Origin: Eledone cirrhosa
Lineage: Eukaryota
DNA length: 64,000 bases
Assembly: GCA_964016885.1 (NCBI GenBank)
Contig: OZ024743.1
Location: 113,584,001-113,648,000, forward strand
Direction of reading: 5' to 3'
Shown: positions 38,546-49,603 of the stretch, one piece after another
How the letters are laid out: the number at the start of each line of letters is the position of its first letter
Position numbering within the stretch: position 1 is the first letter of the stretch
The notes under the pieces: generated by a model
Databases searched by the model: none
What the model was told of the DNA's origin: nothing
Seen by the model: only the letters and a program-made list of their open reading frames with translations
Made by a program: the position numbers and the translations under genes

Positions 38546-38883
38546 TCTATATATCTAAAACAGAGAATGTCTGTCTGTCTGTCAGCTCTCTAAAACTCGA
38601 GAACCGACAATCGATTGTTTTCAAACTTTACACATTTAATACTTATGGTCCTGTAAGTATTTTGAGAAAAAAAATTTCAAATTTTCAATGCCCTAGCATT
38701 AGGCGATTTAGCGATCTCTCTCTATAATTCTTAGTCATTCTTTTTAGATAGATACATAGATATAACATTACACCCTTATAATATCTGTCTGTATGTCTGG
38801 CTGTCTGCATTACGGCATTATGACGCTGTGTGTGTGTATATATGTATATATATAGTGTGTATATATATATACATATATATACA

Positions 38884-38964
<81 letters not shown>

Positions 38965-39282
38965 ATAATAATAATAATAATAATATATATATATATATAG
39001 TGTGTAACGTTTTTCGAAATATTTACTTCTGCGTTCACAGATTTATTTTTTTAGTTTCAGAAGATCCAGTTAAGGGTGAAAGCAGCGATTCTTTGCTTAA
39101 ACTTTAATCTGTTATTTTAATAAATATATATAATTATATATTCGTGTACAGATATTTTTGCATACACAATAATAAAATATAAACAAACATATTTATTTCC
39201 CGAGGCTCGATAAGGAAAAATTTATATCAAATATATAAAAACGCTAGAGCAAATCCCGAGCAATGCCGGGCCATTCTGCTAG
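38546..39282 (+). mobile_element. Non-autonomous Helitron; second copy at 58205-58841
   Basis: A|TCTATATATC start; CCCGAGCAATGCCGGG hairpin then CTGCTAG|T end. Confidence 0.85.
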
Positions 39283-39340
39283 TATTAACTAAACCACATC
39301 AAATTCCTGATACTTTGAAAATCATTCGCAATAACATTCA

Positions 39341-40259
39341 TCTGTATATATATAAAATTAAGTATGTGTGTGTGTGTCTGTGTATTATCTATAGGGGCCT
39401 ACATCTTACGACTGATTTTCATGAAACTTTACAGGCTCATAGATTAGTCATCGGGGAGTGTTTTCTATATATCAGCGTATCTTTTTTTTTTATTCCGGGG
39501 TCATTCTGCAGATAAAAATCGATTGGGGGGGGGGGGGGGGGTCACCCTTTTTTAGGTATAGAAAAATAAGATTTTTGGCTCTAGCTCCCAGAATTTATCA
39601 TTGCACATCCTGTAATGGCTTTATATTATGCATTTGTTCAGGGATGGCATGGCAGCCACTTAAATATTAAAATATACCACTTTTAGACTCAAATTTCCAC
39701 TTTTTCGGCTCTAGCTGCCACATTAATCAACCTACTTTGTTCAAATTTTACACTACGCTAGATCTGATTATTTTACGTCTTAAAGTGGCTTTACATTTTG
39801 GAATTTTTGTTCAGGAACGGCGTGGCAGCCGCTTAAATATTCGAAAATACCACCTTTTCGCTCAAATTTCCGCCTTTTCGGCTCAAGCTCCCACATTTTT
39901 TAACCGATTTCGTTCAAATTCGAAACAATTCCATCCAATTATCCAGTTGATGGTCAAAGGCAAAACGATGGCCACTGACGTCGTCTGCGCTTTTAGTTGT
40001 GTATTTGAGAATTCATCGGTTTCCAATCAAGTAGCGTGAGGAAATTTGGCTTAGTGTTAGAGGTCATTACCTCCCTCCCCAGCATGCTCTTTCGTCAGTC
40101 ACCCGCGTTTCTCAGTGATAGAGGTCATCGCCACACTCCCCCGCATGGCCTGTGTGTGGCCATAGATGAGTCAACGAGAAGCAGTCGCTAAGATCAACAC
40201 CTTTTCATTAAAGCAGATATTATTTTACCTACCCAGGCAACGCTGGGTACTGCTGCTAG
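39341..40259 (+). mobile_element. Non-autonomous Helitron (second family); inverted partial copy at ~48638-49440
   Basis: A|TCTGTATATA start; CCCAGGCAACGCTGGG hairpin; CTGCTAG|T end. Confidence 0.85.
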
Positions 40260-41364
40260 TTATAAATATAATAATGAAATGAGAGTATTGAAGTTTGCTT
40301 GAAGCATTGTGGAATAATAAGATTTATTTTTTTGGTCGTTTTGGAAGCCTCAACAAGGCAGATGGGTAAATCTCCGGGTAACAGAATCCGGTGGTGAAGA
40401 GAGAGATGTAAGGGAATGTAGAATGAGATGTATAGTGTGTAGAGAAACGTAGGAAAGAGCGTAAAAAATAAAAATAATAACACGAGATAGAGTTACCTTG
40501 GGAGAGATTTAATTGTCCCTATATTTCGGATTCGCATCCATCAGCTAGGGGGTTTTCCGGGGGTGAAAGTAATCTGTCGGAGAGGAACGGCATGTGTCCT
40601 CTGCTGTCCGATGTTTGTCACAAACATTACCCATCTGCATTGTTGAGGTTTCCAAAACGACCCAAAAAATAAATCCCATAATAATGAAAAGATTAACTTT
40701 AAAAAAGTAAATACATCAACCAAATTCTAAATAATTGACATCAACTAGTTCAAATATGGAGCTTCAGTGTAGTCACTGGACATGCTTGAAATTGCTGCCA
40801 AATTTCCTTAAATCATACCCTTCTTCTTCTCCTCCTCCTCCTCCATCCACTTATTGTATGAGAAGAGAAGGTCACTCTGATATTAAACCTGCCACTTTGT
40901 TTGCGACCAATGATGTAGACCAGTTCTACTTTTTGGGCAAATGCATTCGATGTTCAGAGAGTGGGATTGGCCCTGTGCAAAGCCATTCCTTACTTAAAAA
41001 AGCTTCAAGCACCGCTTGATATGTGACATTTTTTGCAATGCATGGCATTGCTGGCCTTAGACAAGTCCTTAACAGGACTAAAAAGCCACGTCCGTGGCTC
41101 ATGTTTAAGTATCAAGTGATGGCTTTACTTGAAATCAATGTGCAGCCATCATGTATGTATATATGTATGTATGTGTGTGTGTGTGTGTATGTGTCATAGT
41201 ATAGGTGCCATATTTTATTATCTTTGATTTTTTTAAAAATCTATAATATTGAATACATTATTGATAATCTGTAAAACACTTATATATTTTGGGAGTAGCT
41301 ATTAAAGCAAGGTAGATACTATGAAAGATGTCTATGGTAACCCTGCATTATTACAAAACTTAAA

Positions 41365-41550
41365 GGGCGGTGGATTGGCAGTATCGGTAGAGGGTCGGAC
41401 GCCATGCTTTCCAGCATAGTTACGTCCCTTTATGATCTGAGTTCAAATCCCGCCGAGGTTAACTTTGCCTTTCATCCTTACGGGGTCGATAAAATAAAGT
41501 ACCAGTAATGCACTGGGTAATTGCTGGCCTTGTGCCTAAGGTAGAAACAA
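41365..41550 (+). mobile_element. Full-length Meta-like SINE with TSD
   Basis: A/B boxes; 18-bp duplication ATTATTACAAAACTTAAA on both sides. Confidence 0.9.
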
Positions 41551-41734
41551 TTATTACAAAACTTAAATATATATAATACACATTGCACTGTATCGAATAT
41601 ATTAAGGCAAAAAAGATGAATAAATAAAGTTGTAGTGCACCTGAGCACTGTACACAATTTTCATTATTATTCTAAATAAAAAATAGGATTTTTTGTTCAT
41701 ATATTCAATTCAACTGCTGCTGCTGCTTCTTTTC

Positions 41735-42312
41735 TTTTTCTTGTTGTGGGGCAGAGTCCTCAAAGACTCCTTCAGCGGGTCCTGTCAGAAGCAACCATCT
41801 CCAACTGATCCGGCTGGATCCCTAAGCAAGACCAGCCAAGCTCAGGGATGTTATCCAACCATCTCACTCGGGGTGTACCTCTGGATCTCCTGCCAGTTGG
41901 TTTTGCCCATAAAATCTTTTCTGAGACATTCTAACCACATTCCCATAGGATCGGAGCTGTGATCTCTCAATTCAGAGAAGTAGTAGCTCTACCTGGAGTG
42001 ACTCTCTGAACCCTGAGTTGCTTGTATCCACGATCATATTCTATGACCATAGGTAAGAGTTGGCACAAATACCGAATTGAAGATGAGTTTGGCTATTACA
42101 CCTACCTCTGTTCTTCCTGGTTACTGATAGGTTTGATGCTGAGTGTTGCATGGCTGGAATGAAAATCAGTACTGTGAAAACTGAGGCACTCGTACTCTCA
42201 AGGAAGCCTGTGCAGTGCACACTACATGTGAATGGAGTTCCACTAAAGCAGGTAGAGAAGTTCAAGTACTCCGGGGCCGTGTTCACGAGCGATGGAAGGC
42301 AGGAGGCTGAAT
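41735..42312 (-). mobile_element. RTE (Rex3-like) LINE insertion with inverted 5' part
   Basis: 41735-42127 minus (FNSVFVPTLTYGH to 3' end); 42126-42312 plus (DRFDAECCMAGMKISTVKTE..FKYSGAVFTSDGRQEAE). Confidence 0.8.
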
Positions 42313-43539
42313 CACATCCTACTATCTTTTTTAAAAAAGGAAAGACACATTGTGTAATGTATTCCCTGATATGCAAAAGGTATTGGATGATCAGAAGTGG
42401 AAAGCTGTTGATCATGGCTGTGTTTGATCAGAACTGAGCTGGGATTAAATCAACATCAACAACAATACCTTGATATCCAGTCTATGTTGCAGTAACCCTT
42501 TAGTATTTAAACCGGTACAGGACATTAAGAGTTAATATATTACTGATATCACAGCTCTTCTCATTTAACCAAGTGACTGGAGATCTTTTCTGAAGCTACT
42601 GTCTGCAACTAACGTTGCTCTGTGGATCAGCTGTTACTGCATTTTCTTGAGTTTGTCAATAGTATTGGATTGATGGAAGATTATGTTCAGGTTAACCCTT
42701 TAGCATTAAAACCAGGCAGAATTCTCTCACCTCTTTCTGTTCAAACCGGTTGCTCATACTGGTGTTAAGGTATTGTTCTCAAAATAAATAATATTAAAAT
42801 CTCATAGATTCGATATTATGGGAGATAATTATGTGAGGTAAAGCCTTTCCCATGAAAATATAATAGTAAATATAGAGTAATGTAAATGCTAAAGGGTTAA
42901 TTCTTAACATCCTGCAATAACTTAGCAGAAAATAACATGTTTATTAATTTAAATATTTATAGAATCTTTACTAGAAGACAGAATGTTGTGACGATTTGAA
43001 GTATGTGACAAATGATTTTAATTTTTATTTTGATGCTATCAATTATGCTAAAAATAATGTTGCATTAACTCTTAACACTCTGTAATGATTCAGCAGAAAA
43101 TATCTAAAAACATGTTTGTTTATACAAATCATCATCTGCATTTAACATCCAGTTTCCCTGTTAGCAATGGTTGGGTGGGTTTTCAGATGCCAAGTCAGTA
43201 CTAAAGTGAGGCTGCTGACCCCTCAGATGGGCTGGGGGTCGTCATCATACTTACATACGATCTTACATTGTACTGAGTACATTTTATCATGACACCAGTA
43301 CTAAGGAGATTGTCATGTCTTTGACACAACTGTAGGCTCCGCTTAATTGTAGTGTCGTTGTACTAGAATTTTTTCAACAAGCTGTATGTGTGTGTGTGTG
43401 TGTGTGTGCATATGCATACATTTATATGTATGAGTATATAAATATAGACATGCAAACACAGACACATTTACAAAAATACACACTCACAGACATATATTCA
43501 CACAAACACTCACATACAGCGTGACAAATGGAACGCCTA

Positions 43540-43710
43540 TCGCTGCGTGAAGGCTCGGTGACGTCACTTCCGCCTAAGTGTGACAGGCGCAAAAACTTAA
43601 ACCGAACAGTTCAGTTATTGCTAGATTTACAGCCTGCCAAGACATGTCCAGCGCTCCTCCAGCTATCGCCATCAGCAACTCAGGACACCGCTAGCTGACT
43701 CATTTCATAT
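43540..43710. promoter_or_regulatory. Candidate promoter/enhancer with ETS-CRE composite, p53-like half site and AP-1 site
   Basis: GTGACGTCACTTCCG at 43558-43572, AGACATGTCC at ~43639-43648, TGACTCA at ~43696-43702, in a locally CpG-rich patch with no other copy in the window. Confidence 0.45.
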
Positions 43711-43733
43711 GCCGAAACATGGCATTATTCTTA

Positions 43734-43912
43734 GATTGGCAGTATTGATAGAGGGTCTGACGCCATGCTTTGCAGCACAGAGTTACGTCCCTTTACGGAC
43801 AAAGTTCAAATCCCGCCGAGGTTAACTTTGCCTTTCATCCTTACGGGGTCGATAAAATAAAGTACCAGTAATACACTGGGTTATTGTTGGCCTTGTGCCA
43901 AATGTAGAAACA
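43734..43912 (+). mobile_element. Meta-like SINE, slightly 5'-truncated
   Basis: Matches 41365-41550; flanking duplication ATTATTCTTA. Confidence 0.85.
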
Positions 43913-44822
43913 ATTATTCTTATACAAAGCAAGGACTTTACTTCTTCAACGTGCATAACTGAAAGCTAATATTTGCAACACTCATGGACTTAAACATTAT
44001 TTCCCACTGACCTGCTCACATACAACTTTGTGTCACATATTCTGCATTAGTCATGCTTGTCACATAATCTAATAAATTCCTATGTTGGTTTTCAATCAAA
44101 ACGCCTTCTGATTTCTTATACACCTTTTTAATTCACTGCTGACCGCCTTGCTACAGTTTTTTCACCATCCCCTTCCTTCCTTCCCTTTACACACACATTG
44201 TGTGATGGACGAAAGTCGCTCAAATTTAAATATAGATTACAGTAAAGACTTCAATATCATGCTGTCATAGCGCTGTTTTGAACTTTTCAATAATCTCTAG
44301 CTGATGCAGTTTCATATGGTACAGGACGTTAATTAACTGATTTAATTATCACAGCTCTTTTCATTTAACCAAGTCACTGGAGATCTTTTCTGAAGCTACT
44401 GTCTTCAACTGACGTTGTTCTGTGGATCAGCTGTTACTGTATTTTCTTGAGTTTGTCAATAGTATTGAATTAGTGGAAGATTATGTATTAAAACCAGGCA
44501 GAATTCACTCACCTCTTTCTGTTCAAACCAGTTGTTCATACTGGTGTTAAGGTATTGTTCTCAAAATAAATAATATCAAAATCTCATAGATTCGATATTA
44601 TGTAAGATAAAGTGTTTACCATGAAAACACAATAGTAAATATAGAGTAATGTAAATGCTAAAGGGTTAAAGCAATTGGCCGTTTTAGTTATGTTTATATA
44701 TATCTGCCTTGTCTCGCCTCTGCTTGAAGTCATCTTAGATGGGATATTGTCATTTGTTGCCTTATTTAACGCTTCCACCTGTATATTTATAGATGAGTCT
44801 ACTCTTTTGTAAGCATTTAGAC

Positions 44823-45088
44823 CAGGAGCGTGCAATAGGCGGCTTTCAGGCCACAATCCGGCCCGCCAGACCAATCAGAGTGGCCCACGATGACCGTTTT
44901 TAATTTTTACCTTATAGGCTTTTTTTGAATTTTTTTCGTAACCGTAATACAATTTTCTGTTATTTGGCCTATACTAAAGGGCTTCACTGATAGGGTTATG
45001 ATAGTGCTTAATAAATATTAATGGCCCTAATAGTTATTCCAATGTTCAAAAGTGGCCCGCCAATGGAATAATATGTTGCACACTCCTG
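44823..45088. mobile_element. hAT-type MITE
   Basis: TIR CAGGAGCGTGCAA / TTGCACACTCCTG; 8-bp TSD ATTTAGAC. Confidence 0.9.
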
Positions 45089-45169
45089 ATTTAGACAAAG
45101 TCACTATCCAGAAAATAACCCATGAGTGGCTGTTTATTTTTCCCTTCCTGATATCAGTTTGAAGGCTTT

Positions 45170-46327
45170 GCAAAACATGGCAGTATTAATGTACTGCTGT
45201 TGCGGCAAGCGGCAGAGAATCCGACAGACAACATATATGTGTGTGAGAGAGAGTATGTATATGTGTATGTTTGAAAAATGTGTAGTGTAGAGGTTAGGGT
45301 GTCCAGCTCAAGATTGTAAGTTTGTTAGTCTGATTCTCAATGATGTGGGGTGTTTTTGAGCGAGACATTGTATTTCACTTTGCTGCTATTCACTAAGCTG
45401 AATTGTAGCAGTAATTCAAATGGCTAGCCTTGTCACATACTGTATCATGTTTAATCACTCTGAGAACTACTTTGTCTGTGGGATTCTCTGCCGCTTGCCG
45501 CAACAGCAGTACATTAATACTGCCATGTTTTGCCTCTAATTCATTACTCACTTGGTTTTTGAAAACCTGCCAAACAAAAGACGGAGGACTCATCAGCTGT
45601 GTCAAAAATATGTCAACCTCCTTGGTATTGATGACCTGATAAAATGGATTCAATAGCTCTGATTCAATAGCTCTGAGCCACCATCCCATCTCGGCACTCG
45701 GTAGCATGCAAAGGAGATGCAGGCCTTCACCCCATCTATGGGTTCATCACCTTCACTTTGAGTACCAGAATATTCTACAGATGATCTGTCCTGCTCTTGC
45801 TAGCAGGAAAAACTGCTTTAACAAATGGTCTTGATGATGATGATGATGAGAAATGATAATGCAACTACAGACGTGTGGTTAGAATATCTAAAGAAAAACA
45901 ATGCTGGAAAAATTTTAGGGGAAAGCCAATCGGCAGGAGATCTAGAAGCAGACTATGAGCAAGATAGTTGGATAATATCCATGAGTCCAGTTGGTCTTGC
46001 TTGGGGTTCCAACTGGATCATTTGGAGATAGTTGCTTCTGATAGGACCCTCTGGAAAGCATATCTGAGGATTTTGATTCCACAACCTTTTCAGGAATAAA
46101 TACACAAAGGAATAGGAGGAGGAGGAAGAGGAGAAGACGAAGGAGTAGGAGGATGAGGAGAAGAAGGTGGAGGTGGAAACTTTGCAGAGATTGAATCAGA
46201 GCTATTGAATCCATTTTATCAGGTCATCAATACCAAGGAGGTTGACATATTTTTGACACAGCTGATGAGTCCTCCGTCTTTTGTTTGGCAGGTTTTCAAA
46301 AACCAAGTGAGTAATGAATTAGAGGCA
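45170..46327. repeat. Two abutting inverted duplications (62 bp and 138 bp arms)
   Basis: 45170-45231 = revcomp of 45472-45533; 45531-45668 = revcomp of 46190-46327. Confidence 0.9.
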
Positions 46328-47550
46328 TTAGCAGACCTGCCAACCTCTAAAAACCCAAACGGGGTGTACCATGGAGAAAAGGTGCCCCAAAACGGGGAGA
46401 ATGGAAGCAAAATGGGGATATTTAAGCTATACCCCATTTTCACAAGAGAAGACAGCTCTCACCCACCGTAAAGTGGGTGGGAGATCGCCCCGTCAGACAG
46501 GGGGAGTTGCAGCGGCGTGCAGAGCTCTGGTGACTCCCGGGGAAAATCTTGATTGTATACCCCCAAAGACTCAAGTATAAGGCCTAATTATACTGAGAAA
46601 TATTATGAGAAAGGAAAACATTTTGAATATATAAACACAGATGAAACATAAAATAAACGCTTTATTCGATTTTGATATAAATCAATCAAATTTATTAAGT
46701 TCCTTTCCCCAAAATGATGCCTCCATCCAAAGGATGCCCGAGGCCAACGCACCGTCACCCCACCCATTCTACACGCTACTGGGGGAGTGAAACAAGGTCT
46801 AGACGAAGATAACAAGCAATATGACCAGTTTCATTTGAAACAGACAGGGTGGGTATGATTGGAAGGAGAACTGGCTACTATTTCTAGGATGTTAATGATC
46901 ATCTTAAGGGTCCCTCCTTGACTCATTTCATAATGTTCTATTGTCAGTCTGCTAGCTCTGTATCTCTGTTTTGAGGCTTTTACATTTTTACAAAATGTTT
47001 TATTACTGTTATTATTATGGCTTCTATGACTAATCTATTATAGTATTTGTGAGGTGTATATATATACACACACACATACACACGTAAATATACATATGTG
47101 TGCATGTAATATATATATATATATGTATATGTATGGATATGCGTGTGTATAACATTGTGTGTGGGGAGGATGTTATACAGCCACTCATATATATATATAT
47201 GTGTATGTGTACATATGTATACACACGTATTTCTATTTAGTTGTGTTATCAACTAGTGTGTTTTGTATTATATTGTGTGATATATACTGTAAAGCTATGG
47301 TTAGTAATAGTATAAAGTAAACAGATAACTTCCTTTAACTGTTTATGCATAACTACACACATATGGACACCACACACCAACACACACTCTCTCTGACATA
47401 CACACACCAGTTGTGTTACACTTTTATTGTATCATTTTGGCTGAGTTCTTTGTTAATGCATTAGATGTAGAGGAAATAAATCCTGCTTAGCATATTTCTT
47501 ATCGCTGTTCTCTCTTTCTCCCCCCCTCTCTCTCTCTCTATATATATATA

Positions 47551-48552
47551 CTAGCATTAAAGCCCGGCGTTGCTCGGGATCAGTAAGTTACCAAAGTTAG
47601 GTTGCACCACCCATTTTATGGCAGCACTTTTTTGACTGCCAGTCACTGGGTGAATGAATTGCAGACCTGGACTGTCGAAGCAGGAGCTGCGCCAGCAGTG
47701 ACAATTGTAGTTTCGCCTATGGATATTATCTCTGTGCAAAGAAGTGTTGAAATATATTGTTTCACAGTATTTGCGCAACACGCGCGTAGACGATGCTAGC
47801 CGAACAACAGAGCTGCGATGGAGTTGTTCTGCATGGTTGTCTGTGTGTTTTCTAAATTTAAGACAGTAGGGAGGGGTGTGATATGGGGGAGAGTTAGCCT
47901 CTGTTTCTAGCAGGTTTAGTGACCTCATAGAGGATACGTATTTCCTAAATTGAAGACAGTAGGGAAGGGTGTGATATGGAGGAGAGTTAACTGCTGTTTC
48001 TAGCAGGTTTAGTGACCTCATAGAGGATATTATTGTGTATCGTAAATAAACTGATACTTATTTCTTCCACGTTCGTTGAGAGATGTTTTTAAAAAGATTT
48101 ATCGCTAATTTTTTTTGTTGTTGAATAAATTTATCTGTTGCTTTTGAATAATTGTTGTCATTGAAGTAAATAAATGTTTGACAGTTCCACACTCAAAAAC
48201 AAACGTTCTCTCTCTCTCATTCTCTTCTTTCTTCGGCGTTCCTAAAAGAAGTTTGTAAGTTTAAGCGTATATAAGAGAAAGTTGCAGCATGTATGTAGTT
48301 TTATCGAATTTTAAGGGGAATAGAGAGAGGTCTCAGATTGTATTAGAGGGGTAAAGCGTAATGTATTTAGTTTTATCGATTATTTCCGTAATTGTGGGTG
48401 AGTTTGAAATAAATAAATAGTCGTTGACCTAAATTAGACAATTTACAACATTCTTACAGACTTTGAGTCAAATCGGTTTGAAATTGTGCAAATTTATAAA
48501 CATGGAACATGCACACACACAACAACAACAACAACAATCTGCCTTTTATAGA
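47551..48552 (-). mobile_element. Non-autonomous Helitron with internal ~80-bp tandem duplication (47850-48028)
   Basis: Plus strand CTAGCATTAAAGCCCGGCGTTGCTCGGG = reversed 3' hairpin/CTAG; other end TCTATAAAAGGCAGA on minus strand. Confidence 0.8.
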
Positions 48553-49408
48553 TAATTGTTTCTACTTTAGGCACAAGGCCAGCAATTACTCAGTACATTA
48601 CTGGTACTTTATTTTATCGACCCCGTAAGGATGAAAATCAGTCGTAAGATGTAGCAAATGGTGAAATGTTGATTGAAGTCGTATGGAATATGTAGGAGGT
48701 GGAAAAAATCGTATTTTGAAGAGTTAAACGGCTGCCACGCCGTCCCTGAACAAAAAAATGCAAAGTGTAAAGCTACTATAAGATGTGCATTGATAGGTTC
48801 TATCGTAGTATAAAAGTCGAACCAAATAAATTGATTTATGTGTGAGGTGGAGCCGAAGTTTCGAATTTGAACGAAATCGGTAGAAAATGTGGGAGCTAGA
48901 GCCGAAAAGGCGGAAATTTGAGCGAAAAGGTGGTATTTTCGAATATTTAAGCGGCTGCCACGCCGTTCCTGAACAAACAATCCAAAATGTAAAGCCACTT
49001 TAAGACGTAAAATAATCAGATCTAGCGTAGTGTAAAGCTAGAGCCGAAAAAGTGGAAATTTGAGTCTAAAAGTGGTATTTTTTAATATTTAAGCGGTTGC
49101 CACGCCGTCCTTGAACAACAAATACAAAATATAAAGTCATTACAGGATGTGCAATGATAAATTCTATTTTGCTTCAAAATTTAAACGAAATCGGACAAAA
49201 TGTAAGAGCTAGAGCCAAAAATCTTATTTTTCGATACCTAAAAAAAGGTGCCCCCCCACCCGACATCGATTTTTATCTGCAGAATGACCCCGGAATAAAA
49301 AGAACGATACGCTGATATATAGAAAACACTCCCTGATTACTAATCTATGAGCCTGTAAAGTTTCATGAAAATCGGTCGTAAGATGTAGGCCCCTATAGGT
49401 AATACACA

Positions 49409-49450
<42 letters not shown>

Positions 49451-49456
49451 TACATG

Positions 49457-49554
<98 letters not shown>

Positions 49555-49603
49555 TATTGGTGCTCTAAAATAGCGATGTATACGTGAATGTATATATAGT
49601 ATA

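Noticed and set aside
40490-40650. GC-richer patch with a minus-strand donor (AAG|GTAAC) as a first coding exon
   Set aside because: All three frames stop shortly before the donor. A non-coding exon cannot be supported from sequence alone.
46262-46300. CTGATGAGTCC hammerhead-like start
   Set aside because: No complementary GGAC-GAAA follows.
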